From Phycisphaerae bacterium (GTDB lineage: Bacteria > Planctomycetota > Phycisphaerae > UBA1845), in contig CAXXGO010000001.1 in NCBI GenBank assembly GCA_963666835.2, positions 1,664,001 to 1,728,000 on the forward strand: DNA of 64,000 bases, in the 5' to 3' direction. The position numbers were made by a program, and so were the translations under genes. Positions 61,001 through 64,000 of this stretch are shown piece after piece. A model generated the notes under the pieces. That model was given only the letters and a program-made list of their open reading frames with translations. It was not told where the DNA came from and did not search any database. How positions within the stretch are numbered: the first letter of the stretch is position 1; every line of letters begins with the position of its first letter.

Positions 61001-62943
61001 GCACCCGTCTCGGTATCCGGCGGCGGGCAGCAGTTCGGCACACAACTCGTGGCGAAGCCGAGGAACGTACCACCGGCAGTATCGCAATCGCCCGGCGTGG
61101 TATCCGGCGTGCAACTGCCGTCCGCGGCACAGCAAGCACCAACGGTGCAACCGGTGAAGGTTGCGCAGTCTTCGGTCACGCCACCGACGAGATCGTCGTG
61201 CGAGGTCGGACCGAACCAGTTCTTGAACGTGCAATAGTCGCCCGGCGGGCAGTCGCGGTACCAGCTACACGCCGTGTCGGGGTGCTCTGCGCAGATACCA
61301 CATTCCCACATGTAGGTGTTGTTGCATTCACCCACAGCGCCGTCGACCGTGCAGCAAGCACCTTCCGGCTGAATCCCGGAATCAATCACCTGGCCGACCA
61401 GCTCGAACGCCAGAATGTCGGTTGCCAGGTCGGGGAAGTCACCGGTGACCTTGCCGGCCCCGATGTCCCACCACATCTCGGCAGCGTCGTTCAGACCGAT
61501 GTCGACGGCATCCGTCGACGCCCAGGTGGCGGAAGTCGTGGTCTCGTGGTCGGTGGAATCGACGTATCCACGCATCCCCACGAAGCCGTGTGGTGGAATG
61601 ACGAGCGGCGGGTTCTCAGGCTCGTCCGCGTTGTTCGGGTCAACGTCGCAATCGGGGTAGCAGTCTACCTTGTATGTCCAGTAGCGTATGCCGGGTTGAT
61701 TGAACTTCACGGCGAAAGCGCCGACAAACAGCTCGCTGTCGTCGTAGAATGAAAACAGAATAGGCTCACCTATATCCTGGACTCCGCCACGGAAGCGGAA
61801 CTCGTTCAGACGCATGGCCTTGCCACTCTCCAACGAGTAATCGTCACCGATGGTGAGATAACCGTCCTGGCACTGGTCAACATCCGCGACGCAGGGGTTC
61901 GGGATGCAGGAAATACCCGCATCGCAATCGTTGTTGTCGTCGCAAATCGCGTAGTTGCCGTCGTCGCACACTTTGCGGCAATCGTTATCGACGTAGCAAG
62001 CGTCCTCGGTGTACGTGCAAATCTTGTACGTGCCGATGACCTCAGCAACTTCATCGGTCTCGTCACCGCGGGGAGCAATACCACTGCCGTACTCCGGGCA
62101 CCAGCAATGGCCCAGATCGTCCGGGTTGCCGATCCGCAACCACTTGCCGCCACCACCGGTACAAGAAGCCTCGGTCGCGAGCGAACACGTCAGGCCGTTG
62201 CAGCAACGACCCATACCGGTCGAAAGCTCGCACCAATCCTCGGTCTCGTTGCAAACCGCCGTTGCCCCACCGGACGAACGCGGCATACACGAACCCGCCG
62301 GGCAATCTTCGGCTTCGTAGCACCAGTTGCCGGCATTGTCGCCACCAACACACGTCTTCGCACAGGGGCTCAACGCGCCACCCGCACCGTCGCTCTTGGC
62401 AACGCAGACGACGTCTTCGCCGCTGAGCATGCACTCATCGCGGGTGCAATAGAGGCCGTCCAGATCGCAGGGGTTACCAACGAGCTGAGGCCTATGCGCA
62501 CAAACGCCGTTGATGCAGGCGGCCACAAGGCACTCGTCCGCACCAGGCTCGACGCACTCGGCATCGCAATCGCAGGCACCGCCTACCGGAGTAGTGCCCC
62601 GTGCCAACGCACTCGCGCCACCCGCGGGCCCGGCCGACATCAGACGCGCCTCGATTGGCTGACAGTCCGCCGGGAGGGTGGGCGCCAGAATGTTGACACC
62701 GGTTTGCGGGCCTGGGTCGGCCTCGGGTATCGCTTTGCCCGCATAACGGTGCACCGATATGGGCGGTCCGTCGCCTCCGCTGGATGTTAAGGCGACGTAG
62801 GAGACCAAGTTGCCGGTCTCAGAACACGGGGTGATTTCGCTCGGATCGGCCGGAACGCGGCGCATGCTCCAACCGAACACTGCAAATCCCACGATCGTCA
62901 TCGCGGCGATTGCGTGCCTCTTATACACTCGTTTGTCTTTCAT
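58084..62943 (-). CDS. Large secreted Cys-rich surface protein, paralog 3 (1619 aa)
   Basis: GGAGG RBS and signal peptide; repeated GACC..G.C and C.GG.N.G..C modules; C-terminal region homologous to paralogs 1 and 2. Confidence 0.9.
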   Translation of the reverse strand: MKDKRVYKRHAIAAMTIVGFAVFGWSMRRVPADPSEITPCSETGNLVSYVALTSSGGDGPPISVHRYAGKAIPEADPGPQTGVNILAPTLPADCQPIEARLMSAGPAGGASALARGTTPVGGACDCDAECVEPGADECLVAACINGVCAHRPQLVGNPCDLDGLYCTRDECMLSGEDVVCVAKSDGAGGALSPCAKTCVGGDNAGNWCYEAEDCPAGSCMPRSSGGATAVCNETEDWCELSTGMGRCCNGLTCSLATEASCTGGGGKWLRIGNPDDLGHCWCPEYGSGIAPRGDETDEVAEVIGTYKICTYTEDACYVDNDCRKVCDDGNYAICDDNNDCDAGISCIPNPCVADVDQCQDGYLTIGDDYSLESGKAMRLNEFRFRGGVQDIGEPILFSFYDDSELFVGAFAVKFNQPGIRYWTYKVDCYPDCDVDPNNADEPENPPLVIPPHGFVGMRGYVDSTDHETTTSATWASTDAVDIGLNDAAEMWWDIGAGKVTGDFPDLATDILAFELVGQVIDSGIQPEGACCTVDGAVGECNNTYMWECGICAEHPDTACSWYRDCPPGDYCTFKNWFGPTSHDDLVGGVTEDCATFTGCTVGACCAADGSCTPDTTPGDCDTAGGTFLGFATSCVPNCCPPPDTETGADAACDIWQCHDGADWVDPYVQCDPAGDDCEAGETCELRVPGPTEYTIDIPAFGAAPNSFTFMGDASGHDPYVTEVDGDDCNLGGEVDDGWYEAFVIVNNDGEEFDCAIVTIDFCCTDPIQTPVYIVMKDCCPCPGGICWVTLDQNPDGTTKSGWGPDCDVEVDGVDHCCQDDNFTGQFMVPSGRYSWQIPSGMVCDDTTEDCQDDDDCQPGVPCVSTAGAYTGHVTIEECPRAACCLNLCVGGTNDGEYCEDDAGCPGGACNNVCEIRTKLTCEEDGGDFLSFDTGTVVTCEASPCATGACCTGAGTCEDGAAFDTEVECEAAGGVYHGYVQCDEHEPCSVRSYWRSNICKEDDPDGNLILSDRSVDVRVADDFRPDGTQISTIYWTAGFYGGSGSDGYFECATDPPLDDWTVRFYQDAAGVPGAEIGVPGGQTLAIVVTTRHGGASRLWDYFGDVPTAVPVTAGDCYWMELTGLGEGSGGCHTYWATGSEGNDHSMLDILDPGDYGSEDVSTNDYVFCIDAGLMGTGDCGDVLAACCTCPGCTPDLTQTECVNDLDGVWRLGNACATAECPDVAPANDNCENAATNTAPLYWRCRGGLDSGDLCDLNADPNDPHADCRDDGDDIGYCVGYRVLDFENVCAGRHGVPDKTGCGWKGGDLRHDVWYRYTAPGNGVLKVSMCPSDVNPVSEGVLWDGMLAIYDTDTCPVTTADEMNCGDDECDWGGASEATVEVTEGQEYTIRIGGWWSSKWRSNPRGWGEVEFSFIDGDVTYEPPIAAPSPEDGPKNRYISIRSANVGTAVALQVTVSSSLYFPASAGETKYVGPVTAKGYHPLISEPLVQVWPEEDLHIFNCMIHPAATFEVRAGDGVDTWSDPLTIGTITKPGGKNHGDIVGAFTGTWQPPEGNMSMNDLMAALQAFGNAATAPPKHWADVHDDGPNQLVNMSDVLLLVNAFGGDPYPYNPGTAASPCSY

Positions 62944-63370
62944 GACCCTTTACCTCCAATAGAGATGAACACCTGGACCCCATTTGACAGACGCGCCCTC
63001 CGGGATGGGCGCGGCGAATGTGTCATGCGAAGACCGAACCGACCAAAACGCCACGCCGGGGATGCGATAGGCCGGCGCGATCCTCAGATACCGAACACGT
63101 CATGTGAATGGCATCATGATAGTGAGCCGGTAGTCCGAAAGCCAGGGAAATGCGTGTCGTGACCGGTTAGCGAGCGCCGTGCGGTAACCGATCCCGCCGG
63201 CCAGCGGGGTGCGTTGGCTCTCTATGCGGCGCTTCGCTGCACAACCGGGCGCAGAATACGGGCCGCGTCTGTCTGTTGTCGTGCGCGCGGTGTGTTTGAT
63301 GGCTGCGCGGACAACAGGAGAGGGGCGGACGTGGTCGCCCGCCCCTGTCGAAATGCCCTAGGAAATCAAA

Positions 63371-63543
63371 TCAGTCGGTGCAGGGAGACCATGCGGTACC
63401 CGGATCATACGGGTACTCGCTGCCGGTGAAAGCGTTTATCTCTATCAAAACGTCTGACATAGTGACGATCTCGTTAGGACCTTCGTCATGCAGGTCCACC
63501 CAGTGGCGGGGGGGGGCTTGAACCGTGACCTGGAATCCCAGCA
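63371..63543 (-). pseudogene. 3' end of a fourth paralog, cut off by IS1595
   Basis: LGFQVTVQAPPRHWVDLHDEGPNEIVTMSDVLIEINAFTGSEYPYDPGTAWSPCTD aligns with the paralog C-termini and is followed by the same downstream hairpin. Confidence 0.85.
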
Positions 63544-64000
63544 CCTGATTCTCTACCTCGCTCCGGTGGTTAACTCCTTTAATGTCAGTGGTTTGGCAGC
63601 TACGGCCGCGATAACAAGGCGATCGAAGAGTTTTGCTTCCATCCAGCGACGGTTGGCCCGATAGGTGAACGCGGCCAGGTAACGGTCGAGGTGTTTGGGC
63701 GAAACGCTGTGATATGTGCCCACAATCATCCGCTTCAGGTTGCCGATGAAGGTGTGAACCCAGGGGAAAATTTGAACCGCATTCTTCCCACCGCCCGTCA
63801 CGATTGCCTCGTGCTCGTACCCGGCCTTGGCCACTGAAACGTAACTTCCCCATCCGTCCGTCCGGAGACATGAGCCCTTCGCTACGTGTCTCGTCGTGAA
63901 ACCCCTCAGGCTTCGAGCGTCGACGCTTTTCAGTCCCTGAATGGCGATTCGCTTAGGCCGGTCGTTCTCGTCAAGCTCGACGGCCACTCCCACTGGGACC
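63544..64000 (-). mobile_element. IS1595-family element, right part (transposase 3' end 63553->64000)
   Basis: TDGWGSY, WVHTFIGNLK..I.GTYH.VS.KHL.RYL..F.YR.NRR. Homology to the paralog stops at 63543, where CCTGATT (putative TIR) begins. Confidence 0.88.

Overview
GC-rich bacterial chromosomal window, most likely Planctomycetota/Phycisphaerae. This is inferred from dockerin-like C-termini, Cys-rich secreted giants and CxxCxYxLxGL..CPECG zinc-ribbon membrane proteins. Housekeeping genes include tatC, pyrD, coaD, ribF, an nrnA-like DHH phosphoesterase, gdhA, an AI-2E transporter and a TolC-family protein. Main systems: (i) a 5-oxoprolinase / split D-glutamate-cyclase operon whose DUF4392 half is fused to a truncated, catalytically eroded MurD module; (ii) a ~2390-aa secreted protein with four non-catalytic FGE/CLec domains, BACON repeats and nested domain insertions; (iii) an arsR-arsP-trx-arsF-arsG-like operon; (iv) a tnpB-less Y1/HUH transposase inside a palindrome field, plus at least five REP-like families; (v) an acyl-CoA operon with an isobutyryl-CoA-mutase-type large subunit and a B12-domain-MeaB fusion; (vi) four paralogous Cys-rich surface proteins sharing a scaffold with one sharply bounded variable domain; (vii) an IS4 element inserted into a REP arm and an IS1595 element interrupting a paralog; (viii) gdhA behind a sigma-54 site, followed by a receiver/ATP-grasp/His-swivel protein. 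No rRNA, tRNA or CRISPR array was recognised. All family assignments come from motif recognition by eye, not database searches.
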